This document shows positions 17,376 to 26,506 of a stretch of DNA of 32,000 nucleotides, in pieces. The position numbers and the translations under genes are program-made. Position 1 is the first letter of the stretch. Every line of letters starts with the position of its first letter. A model generated the notes under the pieces. It did no database searches. It saw only the letters and a program-made list of their open reading frames with translations, and was not told the DNA's origin. The stretch comes from Archaeoglobus fulgidus DSM 4304 (GTDB taxonomy: Archaea; Halobacteriota; Archaeoglobi; Archaeoglobales; Archaeoglobaceae): the NCBI RefSeq assembly GCF_000008665.1, contig NC_000917.1, positions 1,620,001-1,652,000 on the forward strand, read 5' to 3'.

Positions 17376-18835
17376 CGGCTGAAATTCTCGTGTTCTCCCT
17401 CATCATCCCCCTTGTGGTTGCATTCATTCTCCCCGCTTTAAAGCCCAAAGCCGCGACATGGCTTTCGGCAATCTCCTTCTTGATTCCGATGTTTGTTACT
17501 CTCGGATTTCTGCTGACAACAAAAGAAACCATTGAAGTGCCCATAATGAGCCTGCCTGCACCCGTCGGCGAGTTTTACCTTCTCGCTGATCCGATAAGCA
17601 ACGCCTTCGGCTTCACGATCTGTCTCGTTTCTGCGATGGTTGCCTTCTACTCGCTGCCTTACATGAAGCACAGATTCGAGGAGATGCTTCACGATGGGGA
17701 GATTAGAAGCATAGAGTGGGAGTTCAGGAAGTACTGGTTCCTCTACAATCTATACGCCGTGGCAATGCTCTGGCTTGTCTATGCTGGGAACTTCATTTTG
17801 CTCTACATCTTCTTGGAAATCTCCCTTCTTGCCTCCTTCCTGCTGATATACATGTACGGCTACGGAAACAGGCAATGGGTTGCCGTTCTGTACTTTGTCT
17901 GGACGCACATTGCAGGAGTTCTGGCGCTGCTCGGTATCCTGATAATAGGCTTCGAAAACAGCACGATGGCGTTCAACGCTGTCAAGGCCGTTGGCTTTAC
18001 GGCATGGTTGCTGATTTTCCTCGGAATGCTTGTGAAGCTTCCGGGGCTGGGGCCGCACATCTGGCTGCCGTGGGCGCACGCTGAAGCACCAACACCTGTC
18101 AGTGCCTTGCTAAGCCCTCTTACCGTCGGTCTTGCCGGATACGTCCTTTTGAGAGTTTACATGATCGATTCCTCATTCATTGACCAATACAGAGACATCA
18201 TAATTGCATACGCAATAGTATCCAGCATTTACGCCGGTTTCTCGGTCTTCAAGCAGAAGGACTACAAGAGGCTGCTCGCATACTCAACCGTTTCACAGAT
18301 GGGGTACGTTCTCATCGCCCTGTGCCTCGGCAGCTACGGGCTTCTTGGTGTGGTTATACAGTACATCAGCCACGCCTTCGGAAAGTCGATCCTCTTCATG
18401 ACGGCGGGAGCGATAATCGCGTCATTCCACGGTCTCAGAGATATTAACAGGATGAGCGGTATGCATGAGTACGTCCCGACAATTGCCAACGCAGCCCTTC
18501 TCGGCTTCATGACTCTAAGCGGCATTCTCACAATAGGCATGTTCGGGGAGTTCTACATCCTTGCGGGGCTCACTACAATATACGGGTTCAACCTTGCGGT
18601 GATTCTTGCAGTCGTAGTGGTGTTCATAATTTCGGGCTTATACAGCTTCTACACGATGAAGGTTATATACTACGGTACGCCTGCTGGCTACGAGAAGCCG
18701 AAAGTCAGCAGACTGCTCGACGTCCCGCTCTACGTTGTGGCGTTTTTCAGCGTCGCCTTCATATTCCCTCCACTCTCAACTGCGCTGCTCAGCGGTCTTA
18801 AGGTTGTTCTCGGAATTGGAGGTGTTATGCCATGA
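17372..18835 (+). CDS. fqoM: F420H2:quinone oxidoreductase subunit M (NuoM-type antiporter-like)
   Basis: A 487-aa Mrp-antiporter-like protein (WLPWAHAEAPTPVSALLS motif). ATGA overlaps at both ends. Confidence 0.9.
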   Translation: MTAEILVFSLIIPLVVAFILPALKPKAATWLSAISFLIPMFVTLGFLLTTKETIEVPIMSLPAPVGEFYLLADPISNAFGFTICLVSAMVAFYSLPYMKHRFEEMLHDGEIRSIEWEFRKYWFLYNLYAVAMLWLVYAGNFILLYIFLEISLLASFLLIYMYGYGNRQWVAVLYFVWTHIAGVLALLGILIIGFENSTMAFNAVKAVGFTAWLLIFLGMLVKLPGLGPHIWLPWAHAEAPTPVSALLSPLTVGLAGYVLLRVYMIDSSFIDQYRDIIIAYAIVSSIYAGFSVFKQKDYKRLLAYSTVSQMGYVLIALCLGSYGLLGVVIQYISHAFGKSILFMTAGAIIASFHGLRDINRMSGMHEYVPTIANAALLGFMTLSGILTIGMFGEFYILAGLTTIYGFNLAVILAVVVVFIISGLYSFYTMKVIYYGTPAGYEKPKVSRLLDVPLYVVAFFSVAFIFPPLSTALLSGLKVVLGIGGVMP

Positions 18836-20781
18836 GCGAAATGGTTGAGCTTCCGATGATGGCTGAACTTCTCGCATTGCTTTTCTTCACGCCAATCATA
18901 GCCAGCTTTCCCATCGCAATAGCGTGGGGAATGGACCCCCGCCCTGAGTGGGCGAGAAAGCTACCCGTTCTTTCAGTTCTGGGCCTTTTCGTCTCACTCT
19001 GCGTCGCTCTCTACATACTCTTTAACGTAGGAGAACTTTCACCTGAAGCCGAGCCAATCAAGTACACCATCTACTGGCTGCCGGATTTCAACATAAACTT
19101 CGTGTTCATCTTCGACTACCTAAGCAAGCTGATGGGGGCTTTGACTGCTGTGATAGCCTTCCTGATTGGCGTTTACGGCCTTGAGTACATGAGGGACGAC
19201 TACAGGCTTGGCTGGTACTGGTTCTTCTTCAACCTCTTCACCGCATCAATGCTCCTCGTTGTTTACAGCGACAACCTCCTGATGCTCCTCATAGGCTGGG
19301 AAGGTCTGGGAATTGCCTCATGGGGGTTGATTGGCCACTGGTTCAGGGATGATGACGAGCTAAGCTACGTCGGAATTCTGAAGAGAAAGGTTGCAGGCCT
19401 CAACATGTTCTGGTCACCCAGCACCGGAGGGTGGAGAGCAATCTCCACGATAAGAGTGGGAGACATGCCGATGTTCTTCGCCATCGGTGCCCTGTTCGCC
19501 TTAACAGGCACGCTAAACATTACCGAGATTCCTTGGGCTGGGCTGGAGGAGAAAATAGGCGTTGCCGGAGTCGTAATCCTCCTTGTGGCCTTCCTCATGG
19601 GGCCCTTCACGAAGTCAGCCCAGCTACCCTTCAGCGAGTGGCTGATGACGGCCATGACAGGCCCGACAACTGTGAGCGCTTTGCTCCACTCAGCCACAAT
19701 GGTTGCAGCCGGAACCTATCTCTTCATGAGGCTCAGCTGGTACATCCAGCCCTGGGAGCTTCACCTTGAGGGCTACGAATACGTTTACGTTCTCGTGCTG
19801 TTCCTCGGCTTGGTCTCATCCCTCTACGCCGCTCTTGTTGCAACAAGCTCCCTTGAAAGGAAGGTTCTGCTTGCGGCCTCAACAATGTCCAGCCTCGGTT
19901 TGATGTTCGCATCGGCAGCGGCAAGCTACTGGGTCGGGAAGTTCGCTCTGCTGGTAGCATTCTGGTACCTCATCACCCACGCCTTCGCCAAGGCAACGCT
20001 CTTCCTTGTCGCGGGCCATCTCATCCACGAGACCCACGACAGGTTCCTTGGTGGAGACACTGAGGTGGCGAGGAAGCTCAAGTGGGCCTTTGTTGCGACG
20101 GTTGTTGCCACAATCTTCCTCTCAGGAATTCCGCCCTTCACAGCCTACTGGGTGAAGTCAGGAATGGATGGTGTCATGCACCACCTTGAGCACGAGTTCG
20201 GCATAATTCCACTTGCCCTTCTCGTAACGATTTCAGCAATCTACTCAGGCTTCCTCGGCAAGTTCCTCAGCATGAACTTCTTCAAGGGCAAGAAGGTGCA
20301 CCTCCACCTTCACGGCGGACAGATAATGAGCACGGCGTATCTTATCATGGTTTCAATGCTTCTCGTAATCCTTGCAGCAATTCTGACGTCTCCAGAGGAG
20401 CCGTTTAAAGAGTTCGTCGAGGAGGGGTTACTGCCATCCTCCTTTGCAGTGGGCATGATCGTCCTCGTGGCCTACGCTTTCGGATTCTTCAAGCCGCAGA
20501 TTAAATCACCGCTGGGACAGTTCTTCGGTGACAGGATGTACATGATGTTCCTCAATGACTACATTGTGCCGAAAATTGGCTGGGCGATAGCGAAGGTTGT
20601 GGATTACGGAAACATGCTGATAGACTTTACCTGTCATCAGGCAATTCCCGGAATGTTTGAGGTTTACTCTCACGGAGTGAGGTTCATCCAGAACGGAAGG
20701 CTTGAAAGGTATCTGCAGATTGTGATTGGCTTCGTAATGCTGATTGTGGTTGTTGCAGTCGCGGCGGGGTGGATAGCATGA
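18832..20781 (+). CDS. fqoL: F420H2:quinone oxidoreductase subunit L (NuoL-type antiporter-like)
   Basis: At 649 aa it is the longest antiporter-like subunit, with a C-terminal extension (GWEGLGIASWGLIGHW; SEWLMTAMTGPTTVSALLHSATMV). Confidence 0.9.
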   Translation: MSEMVELPMMAELLALLFFTPIIASFPIAIAWGMDPRPEWARKLPVLSVLGLFVSLCVALYILFNVGELSPEAEPIKYTIYWLPDFNINFVFIFDYLSKLMGALTAVIAFLIGVYGLEYMRDDYRLGWYWFFFNLFTASMLLVVYSDNLLMLLIGWEGLGIASWGLIGHWFRDDDELSYVGILKRKVAGLNMFWSPSTGGWRAISTIRVGDMPMFFAIGALFALTGTLNITEIPWAGLEEKIGVAGVVILLVAFLMGPFTKSAQLPFSEWLMTAMTGPTTVSALLHSATMVAAGTYLFMRLSWYIQPWELHLEGYEYVYVLVLFLGLVSSLYAALVATSSLERKVLLAASTMSSLGLMFASAAASYWVGKFALLVAFWYLITHAFAKATLFLVAGHLIHETHDRFLGGDTEVARKLKWAFVATVVATIFLSGIPPFTAYWVKSGMDGVMHHLEHEFGIIPLALLVTISAIYSGFLGKFLSMNFFKGKKVHLHLHGGQIMSTAYLIMVSMLLVILAAILTSPEEPFKEFVEEGLLPSSFAVGMIVLVAYAFGFFKPQIKSPLGQFFGDRMYMMFLNDYIVPKIGWAIAKVVDYGNMLIDFTCHQAIPGMFEVYSHGVRFIQNGRLERYLQIVIGFVMLIVVVAVAAGWIA

Positions 20782-21983
20782 TAGAGTTGCTTGCATCGCT
20801 GATAATCCTCGCAGTTGGAGCAGCTCTCAGCTACAAGGACATCAGAATATCGCTTGTGGCGAGCGTAGTTGCTGTTGTTGCAATGATGGCAAGCGGAAAC
20901 GCTTACTCAGCTTTAATTCTTTTCGTGGCGCTGCTGAACATCTTCTCCCTCTACGCCATAAGGCAGAACCAAATTGCTGGTGTGGATTACGCGTTGGTCG
21001 CGATAATGGCAGTGGCGACGATTTACGCCTTTGTTGTTGATGACCTTGCAATGATGCTCGCTTTGTTCATGGTCGTCTCGGCTCCGACTTACCTGCTTGT
21101 CATGGTTAGCGACAGGGGACTGAATGTGGATGTTGGCATCAAGTACGTTACTTTCATGGTAATCGCCACAGTCCTCTTTATAACCGGAGCGGTTCTACTG
21201 TATTCAACGACGAATACTTTGGTTTACTCCTTGGCTTTCCTAATGCTGATTGTCGGCCTGAGCATGGAAGTGGGTATAGCTCCGGTTCACGAGTGGGTTC
21301 CGGACGTTTTCGCCTCAGCAGACCCCATTCCGATTTCGATAATAGCCTCGCTTGCAAAGTTTGTTCCATTCATCATCGCCTACAAGATAGTCGTTGCAAC
21401 CGCAACGCCATCTCTCGGACTCCTCCTCATCGTGGTTGGGCTGATCGCTGCTGCATCGATGTTCGTCGGAAACATTGGAGCTTTAACAACGAATGAACCC
21501 AGTAGAATCCTCGCATACTCAACCGTTGCGAACATGGGTTACATTCTTGCGACCTTTGCCGCAGTAACCGCAGGGAAGGAGTACGTTTACTTTGCAATTG
21601 CGGGAGGTCTGCTCCAGCTCTTCGTAAACTCATTTGGCAAGGTGGGGTACTTCGCAAGCATAAAGAATGAGGGAACATCTCCGATAACAGCGTATATGCT
21701 GACATTCTCCTTCATCGGCCTGCCGCCGCTCATGGGGTTCTGGAGCAAGCTGTTCATAATTTACTCCCTCGTCTACTCGCAGTTCATCTGGTTGGCGGTA
21801 ATACTCGTGCTTAACTCCGCAATCTCAGTTCCCTATTACGTTAGACTTGCAAGATTGCTCGGAACCGGCTGGAAATTCAATCTGACGAGTGCGGTAGTGC
21901 TGTTTGCATCAATTGCAATGCTGATAACGCTGATACCGCCAATGTGGTTTGTGGACGTTGTTTCGATGATGAAGGGGGTGTGA
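20778..21983 (+). CDS. fqoN: F420H2:quinone oxidoreductase subunit N (NuoN-type antiporter-like)
   Basis: A polytopic antiporter-like protein (HEWVPDVFASADPIPISIIASLAK). ATG 20778 forms an ATGA overlap with the fqoL stop; the tracked GTG 20769 is an alternative. Confidence 0.88.
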   Translation: MIELLASLIILAVGAALSYKDIRISLVASVVAVVAMMASGNAYSALILFVALLNIFSLYAIRQNQIAGVDYALVAIMAVATIYAFVVDDLAMMLALFMVVSAPTYLLVMVSDRGLNVDVGIKYVTFMVIATVLFITGAVLLYSTTNTLVYSLAFLMLIVGLSMEVGIAPVHEWVPDVFASADPIPISIIASLAKFVPFIIAYKIVVATATPSLGLLLIVVGLIAAASMFVGNIGALTTNEPSRILAYSTVANMGYILATFAAVTAGKEYVYFAIAGGLLQLFVNSFGKVGYFASIKNEGTSPITAYMLTFSFIGLPPLMGFWSKLFIIYSLVYSQFIWLAVILVLNSAISVPYYVRLARLLGTGWKFNLTSAVVLFASIAMLITLIPPMWFVDVVSMMKGV

Positions 21984-21986
21984 AGC

Positions 21987-22361
21987 ATGTCGATGCTTGA
22001 AAACACGCTGGTTGTGGTAATCGTCGTTGCAGTCGCTCTGATCACGGACATTGCGGTACTGGCACTTGCAAAAATTCTGCCCAGATACAGGCCGACTGAG
22101 GTTAAAGTTTCAAGATTCGAGGCAGGAAACCCTCCGGTAGGGTTGCAGAAGTGGACGCTACCGATGCAGTACATAGGTTTCATGATAATGTTCATGGCCT
22201 TTGAACCAATACTGGTCATAATTCTGCTGCTTTCGGGAACACCTACGCTGGACGTAATAGCTCTGACAGTTCTTGCATTCATTCTGCTTTTACCAGCGCT
22301 GCATGTAGCCTACAACTACTCGCTTGAAATTGCCAAATTGAGGGGTGATATCAATGGATGA
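21987..22361 (+). CDS. fqoA: F420H2:quinone oxidoreductase subunit A (NuoA homologue)
   Basis: 124 aa with three TM helices, containing the NuoA-like FEAGNPP motif. Confidence 0.88.
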   Translation: MSMLENTLVVVIVVAVALITDIAVLALAKILPRYRPTEVKVSRFEAGNPPVGLQKWTLPMQYIGFMIMFMAFEPILVIILLLSGTPTLDVIALTVLAFILLLPALHVAYNYSLEIAKLRGDING

Positions 22362-23406
22362 ATTCATCGAATTTGTTAGAGGAGGCCCGCTTGGCCCTAT
22401 TAAGAAGTGGGGAACCAAGTGGAGCCTGTGGCCGGTCCACCTCGTTACAGCATGCTGCGGAGCTGAACTTGCTCACGCTTTCGCCTGTGGTTATGACGGA
22501 GAGAGGATCGGCGCCCTCAACTACGGTATCGCGAGGCAGACGAACCTCATAATTGTTGAGGGAGCAATCACAAGAAAGATGGCGAAAGTTTTGAGGATAA
22601 CATGGGAGCAGATGCCTGATCCGAAGTTCGTCATCGTGATGGGGGCTTGCGGTTTGCAGGGAGGAATCTTCTGGAATGGCTATCACATGGTCAAACCATC
22701 CGACGTAGTTCCGGTTGACTTCTTCATTCCCGGCTGTCCCCCAACCCCTGAGGCCCTGCTCAGGGGGATAAGGCAGCTTCAGTTCAAGATAGAGACCGGC
22801 GAGGCAAAGACCTCCGCAACATTCCCCGAAGTACCTCTGGAGGCTGGCAGAAAGCCAAGAGTTCTGCCAAAATCACCGAAGAAAATATCTAAGGCACCGG
22901 CAGTCATAGTGAACGCTCCGAAGGAGGTTGATTGGGAGTTCGGCCAGAAGCTGGTTGAGGAGATTAAGGCGAAAGTGGAGGCCAAATCTGTGACAATTAC
23001 CGGAAAGAACAGAATAGCTGTTAAGGTGGAAAGCGATTACATTCCAAGGGCTGCAATGAGGCTGAGGGAGATGGGGTTCGACCACGTTAAGAACGTTAAT
23101 GTGATAGACGTACCGAATGAGGACAAGTTCATCGTGGAGTACCACTTCTCCAGCTACAGCGTCAAAGAACTCATGCCGGTCATAGTCAACGTCTTTGCGG
23201 ATATTCCGAGAGAGAATCCGAGGGTGAAGAGCCTTGCGAGCATGTTCCCGAGTGCGGATTACATGGAGAGGGAGATGCACGACTTCTTTGGCGTAATCTT
23301 CGAGGGCAATCCGTGGATGGGCAGAAAGTTCCTTCTCGCTCCAGACGCTCCGGAGTTCCCGCTGAGAAAGGACTTCAAGCTTGAGGAGGAGGTTTACGTG
23401 AGGTGA
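22354..23406 (+). CDS. fqoBC: F420H2:quinone oxidoreductase fused subunit BC (NuoB + NuoC)
   Basis: The N-terminal NuoB part carries the N2-cluster cysteines (TACCG, GACG, GCPP). A Lys/Pro-rich linker (PKSPKKISKAPAV) follows, then a NuoC-like part (ADYMEREMHDFFGVIFEGNP). ATG 22354 is preceded by the SD-like GGGGTGA, so it is preferred over GTG 22345. Confidence 0.92.
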   Translation: MDEFIEFVRGGPLGPIKKWGTKWSLWPVHLVTACCGAELAHAFACGYDGERIGALNYGIARQTNLIIVEGAITRKMAKVLRITWEQMPDPKFVIVMGACGLQGGIFWNGYHMVKPSDVVPVDFFIPGCPPTPEALLRGIRQLQFKIETGEAKTSATFPEVPLEAGRKPRVLPKSPKKISKAPAVIVNAPKEVDWEFGQKLVEEIKAKVEAKSVTITGKNRIAVKVESDYIPRAAMRLREMGFDHVKNVNVIDVPNEDKFIVEYHFSSYSVKELMPVIVNVFADIPRENPRVKSLASMFPSADYMEREMHDFFGVIFEGNPWMGRKFLLAPDAPEFPLRKDFKLEEEVYVR

Positions 23407-24644
23407 TGAACATGGAGGAATACGCTCTCGACATTCCCGTGGAGCCCCCAAGAGAACTAAGGTCTCTGTTCATCCCCATCCCGCCTGAATACGTGGAGGA
23501 TACCTACAGGAGCGATGACTTTCTGGTTCTCGTCGGTCCTCAGCATCCCGGCAGCGGCCACATGAGGCTTATTGTGAGGGTGAGGGGAGATATAATTCAG
23601 GAAGTCATTCCCGATCCCGGTTACGTTCACAGGTCGATGGAGAAGCTAGCAGAAAACCGCCTTTACATTCAGAACATTCCGCTTGTTGAGAGACCTGCAA
23701 TAATGGATGCTCCGAACTTCAATCTTGGCTATGTAAGGGCGATTGAAGAAGCTTTGGACATAGAGGTTCCAGAGAGGGCGAAGTTCCTCAGGACGATGCT
23801 TGCCGAGCTTGGTAGAGTGGGAACACACCTATACGATGCTGCAATTCTTGCAGTCTTCCTCGGCCACACAACCGGCTTCATGTATCCTTTTGGACTCAGG
23901 GAACTGATCTGCGAGGCTCTTGTAAGGCTGACAGGAGCAAGGTTCACCTCTTCCTTCATAATTCCCGGCGGTGTGAGGAGGGATGCTGACGATGCAACGC
24001 TGAAGTGGATTTACGACATGACTCTCGCAATGGAAAGGAGGCTGAAGTCCTTCGAGAGAATCTTCATCAACAACCCCACGGTCATCGCGAGACTTCAGGA
24101 CGTCGGCGTTCTCAGCAAGGAGGAGGCAATAAAATACGGCGTCGTTGGGCCTTTCCTGAGAGCGAGCGGTGTTGAGTACGATGTGAGAAAGGTGGAGCCC
24201 TACGAGGCCTACGATGACCTCACGTGGGAAATGCCCGTCTCTGATGCCGGAGACGGTTATGCGAGGTTCTTGGTCAGAGTTAACGAGGTAGGGCAGAGTC
24301 TTAGCATCATAAGGCAGTGCATCAAGGAAATGCCTGAGGGAAGAGTAATCAGCGAGCAGGTTGCTGAAAACGAGAAGGATATCAGGGGCTCCTTCTTCGA
24401 CAGCCTCTCGAACATTGTCCTTCCTTCGGGAGAGTACACGACTCTGACGGAGGGGGCGAGGGGAACGATAATCTACAGCATAATCAGCGATGGAGAGTCT
24501 AACGTTCCGTACAGGCTCAGGATAGTAAGCCCTGGATGGCTTTACCTCAGGGGCTTCATGGAATCCATGAAGGGAGAAAGGCTGGCCGATTTGCAGGCCA
24601 TATACGGGAGCTTCGGCTACTTCCCGCCCGAAGCTGACAGGTGA
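23403..24644 (+). CDS. fqoD: F420H2:quinone oxidoreductase subunit D (NuoD homologue)
   Basis: About 410 aa, NuoD/[NiFe]-hydrogenase-large-subunit-like (LVGPQHPGSGHMRL; ERLADLQAIYGSFGYFPPEADR). The start is ambiguous among GTG 23403, ATG 23406 and ATG 23412. Confidence 0.92.
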   Translation: MMNMEEYALDIPVEPPRELRSLFIPIPPEYVEDTYRSDDFLVLVGPQHPGSGHMRLIVRVRGDIIQEVIPDPGYVHRSMEKLAENRLYIQNIPLVERPAIMDAPNFNLGYVRAIEEALDIEVPERAKFLRTMLAELGRVGTHLYDAAILAVFLGHTTGFMYPFGLRELICEALVRLTGARFTSSFIIPGGVRRDADDATLKWIYDMTLAMERRLKSFERIFINNPTVIARLQDVGVLSKEEAIKYGVVGPFLRASGVEYDVRKVEPYEAYDDLTWEMPVSDAGDGYARFLVRVNEVGQSLSIIRQCIKEMPEGRVISEQVAENEKDIRGSFFDSLSNIVLPSGEYTTLTEGARGTIIYSIISDGESNVPYRLRIVSPGWLYLRGFMESMKGERLADLQAIYGSFGYFPPEADR

Positions 24645-24645
24645 G

Positions 24646-25755
24646 GTGGTTGTGATGATTGCTGATGCCTTGAATTATTTTTACGAAATCTTCAGCTCGA
24701 ACATGATGAATATTCCGCTGATTGCACCGATTGTAGACTACTTAATGAAAATCCCGCTAATCAACATTCTCGTAGCACTGATACTCTGGAAACCGTTCTT
24801 TGCCGTGATAATAATGCCCGGACTTGGAGTTCTGACTCTCTATCTGCTCTACATTGTGTGGTACGAGAGAAAGTTAACCGCCAGAATTCAGTGGAGAGTT
24901 GGTCCTCTTGAGGTTGCAAGGCCTATTAGGGGAGCTATTCAGGCTCTTGCGGATGGCATAAGGTACTTCTTCCAGGAGGCCATAGTTCACAGAGAGGCTC
25001 ATCGTCCCTACTTCGTGCAGCTTCCGATTCTCGCCTTCATCCCTGTGCTTCTGCCGATAATGTTCATTCCCGCTGGAAGTGCGGTTGGAATCTACACACC
25101 CAACGCAATTCAGCTTACGGTGACGTTCATCGCCCTGATTCCCATCACAATAGTCGCCATAGGATGGGCCTCCAACAGCAGGTTCGCCTACATCGGTTCG
25201 GTCAGAGAAGCTTTCATGTACTTCGCCTACGAGGTTCCGTTCATAATAGCGGTTATTTCGATGATTTTCCTTTACGGCAGCGGAGATGCCTACGTTGCAG
25301 TTGAGAAGCAGTCTGCCATACCGGGAGCACTTCTGAATCCGATTGCGTTCATCGTTTACCTCATCGCAATGCTGATGGCCACCTCAAGACTGCCCTTCGA
25401 GATTCCTGAGGCTGATCAGGAAATCGCCTTCGGCCCATTCGTTGAGTACTCTGGAATCCTCTTCGGCCTTGTCATGGTTCTCGCCTACGAAAAGCTGTAC
25501 ATAATGACTCTCCTTTTCACGATTCTGTTCCTTGGTGGATGGAGCGGCATCTACTGCCCTCTGCTCGGCGATTTGAACGGTCCGCTTTGGATGTTCATTA
25601 AGACGATCGTTGTGATTTCGATACTGGTCATAGTGAGGTCAATCTACGCTAGATACAGGCTTGACCAGGCTTTGAGAATAGGGTGGACCTCAATGCTTGC
25701 CCTCTCGATCGTAGCGCTGGTTGTTGGAGGCGCCTTAGGAGTGTGGTTGTCATGA
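24646..25755 (+). CDS. fqoH: F420H2:quinone oxidoreductase subunit H (NuoH homologue)
   Basis: A polytopic NuoH-like protein (YERKLTARIQWRVGP; LPFEIPEADQEIA; EYSGILFG). Start is GTG 24646 or ATG 24655. Confidence 0.92.
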   Translation: MVVMIADALNYFYEIFSSNMMNIPLIAPIVDYLMKIPLINILVALILWKPFFAVIIMPGLGVLTLYLLYIVWYERKLTARIQWRVGPLEVARPIRGAIQALADGIRYFFQEAIVHREAHRPYFVQLPILAFIPVLLPIMFIPAGSAVGIYTPNAIQLTVTFIALIPITIVAIGWASNSRFAYIGSVREAFMYFAYEVPFIIAVISMIFLYGSGDAYVAVEKQSAIPGALLNPIAFIVYLIAMLMATSRLPFEIPEADQEIAFGPFVEYSGILFGLVMVLAYEKLYIMTLLFTILFLGGWSGIYCPLLGDLNGPLWMFIKTIVVISILVIVRSIYARYRLDQALRIGWTSMLALSIVALVVGGALGVWLS

Positions 25756-26198
25756 TCAGGCTGAGTAAGGTTAAAACTGACCCGATTGAAAACCTCAAGA
25801 GGCATGCTGAAGCCATCAGCGAGGCTGTAAAGCAGGCCATAAAGCCCGACAGAATAACGGTTGAGTATCCGAGAGAGAGGAGGAGGTATCCGGAATGCTT
25901 CAGAGGCTTTATAGTCTTTGACAGGGAGAAGTGCATCAGCTGTTTCCGCTGCGCCCAAATCTGTCCTGCCAACGCGATACAGATGGAGTATTTCGATAGG
26001 GCGTATCCGGGCATCGATTATGCTAAGTGCATCTTCTGCCACTTTTGCGTTGATAGCTGTCCCACCGGAGCTTTAAACACAAGCAAGGTTCATGATGTTG
26101 CTTTCAAATCGATGGATGAAATGAGACTGAGTGCGAACAAATCACCAAGGTTCCCGAGATTGTCAGGGAGGAGAAGCAGACTGTTGAGTACTACGTAG
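25752..26198 (+). CDS. fqoI: F420H2:quinone oxidoreductase subunit I, NuoI-like 2x[4Fe-4S] core (reading frame appears to break near 26120-26145)
   Basis: The ATG forms an ATGA overlap with the fqoH stop; the tracked 25683 start lies inside fqoH. Motifs CISCFRCAQICP and CIFCHFCVDSCPTGA are present. The last ~20 codons (SPRFPRLSGRRSRLLSTT) look out of frame. Confidence 0.85.
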   Translation: MIRLSKVKTDPIENLKRHAEAISEAVKQAIKPDRITVEYPRERRRYPECFRGFIVFDREKCISCFRCAQICPANAIQMEYFDRAYPGIDYAKCIFCHFCVDSCPTGALNTSKVHDVAFKSMDEMRLSANKSPRFPRLSGRRSRLLSTT

Positions 26199-26248
26199 AC
26201 CGCAAAGTTTGGACCCTTGTAAGGAAAAAGGAGCTCGACTCTCTTGAA

Positions 26249-26506
26249 GTGCCGCCAAAGCCTGTGAAGGTAAAGGAAAGGAAGGCTGCCTGCACTGAGC
26301 CAGAAAGCTGCCTCGGTTGCAGGTTGTGCGCCAATGTTTGCCCGCAAAACGCGATTAAGGTTGAGAAATGCGAGATATCAATAGATGAAGAGGTCACAGG
26401 AACGGGATGCGTTCTCCAGATTCAGACCGACCTGTGCACCGGATGCGGGCTCTGCGTGAGGCAGTGTCCGATGCAGATTCTCACTCTCGAAGAGGTGGGA
26501 GAATGA
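26249..26506 (+). CDS. Additional 2x[4Fe-4S] ferredoxin domain ORF, probably the C-terminal continuation of FqoI
   Basis: Motifs CLGCRLCANVCP and CTGCGLCVRQCP. The tracked start is GTG with no nearby SD. The same frame is open and protein-like back to 26120 (..ITKVPEIVREEKQTVEYYVDRKVWTLVRKKELDSLEVPPKP..). The stop overlaps the fqoF ATG (ATGA). Confidence 0.7.
   Translation: MPPKPVKVKERKAACTEPESCLGCRLCANVCPQNAIKVEKCEISIDEEVTGTGCVLQIQTDLCTGCGLCVRQCPMQILTLEEVGE

Noticed and set aside
22873-23451. 192-aa minus-strand ORF
   Set aside because: It is antisense to fqoBC/fqoD and has no motifs. The same reasoning applies to 21836-22282, 26481-26918, 27729-28262, 15702-16157, 16209-16652 and 12702-13175.
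26133-26141. The 9-mer cgaacaaat, shared between the fqoI frame-break site and the second nadA palindrome
   Set aside because: Only a 9-nt match, with no palindromic partner (TGTTCG) at the fqoI site. Treated as coincidence.
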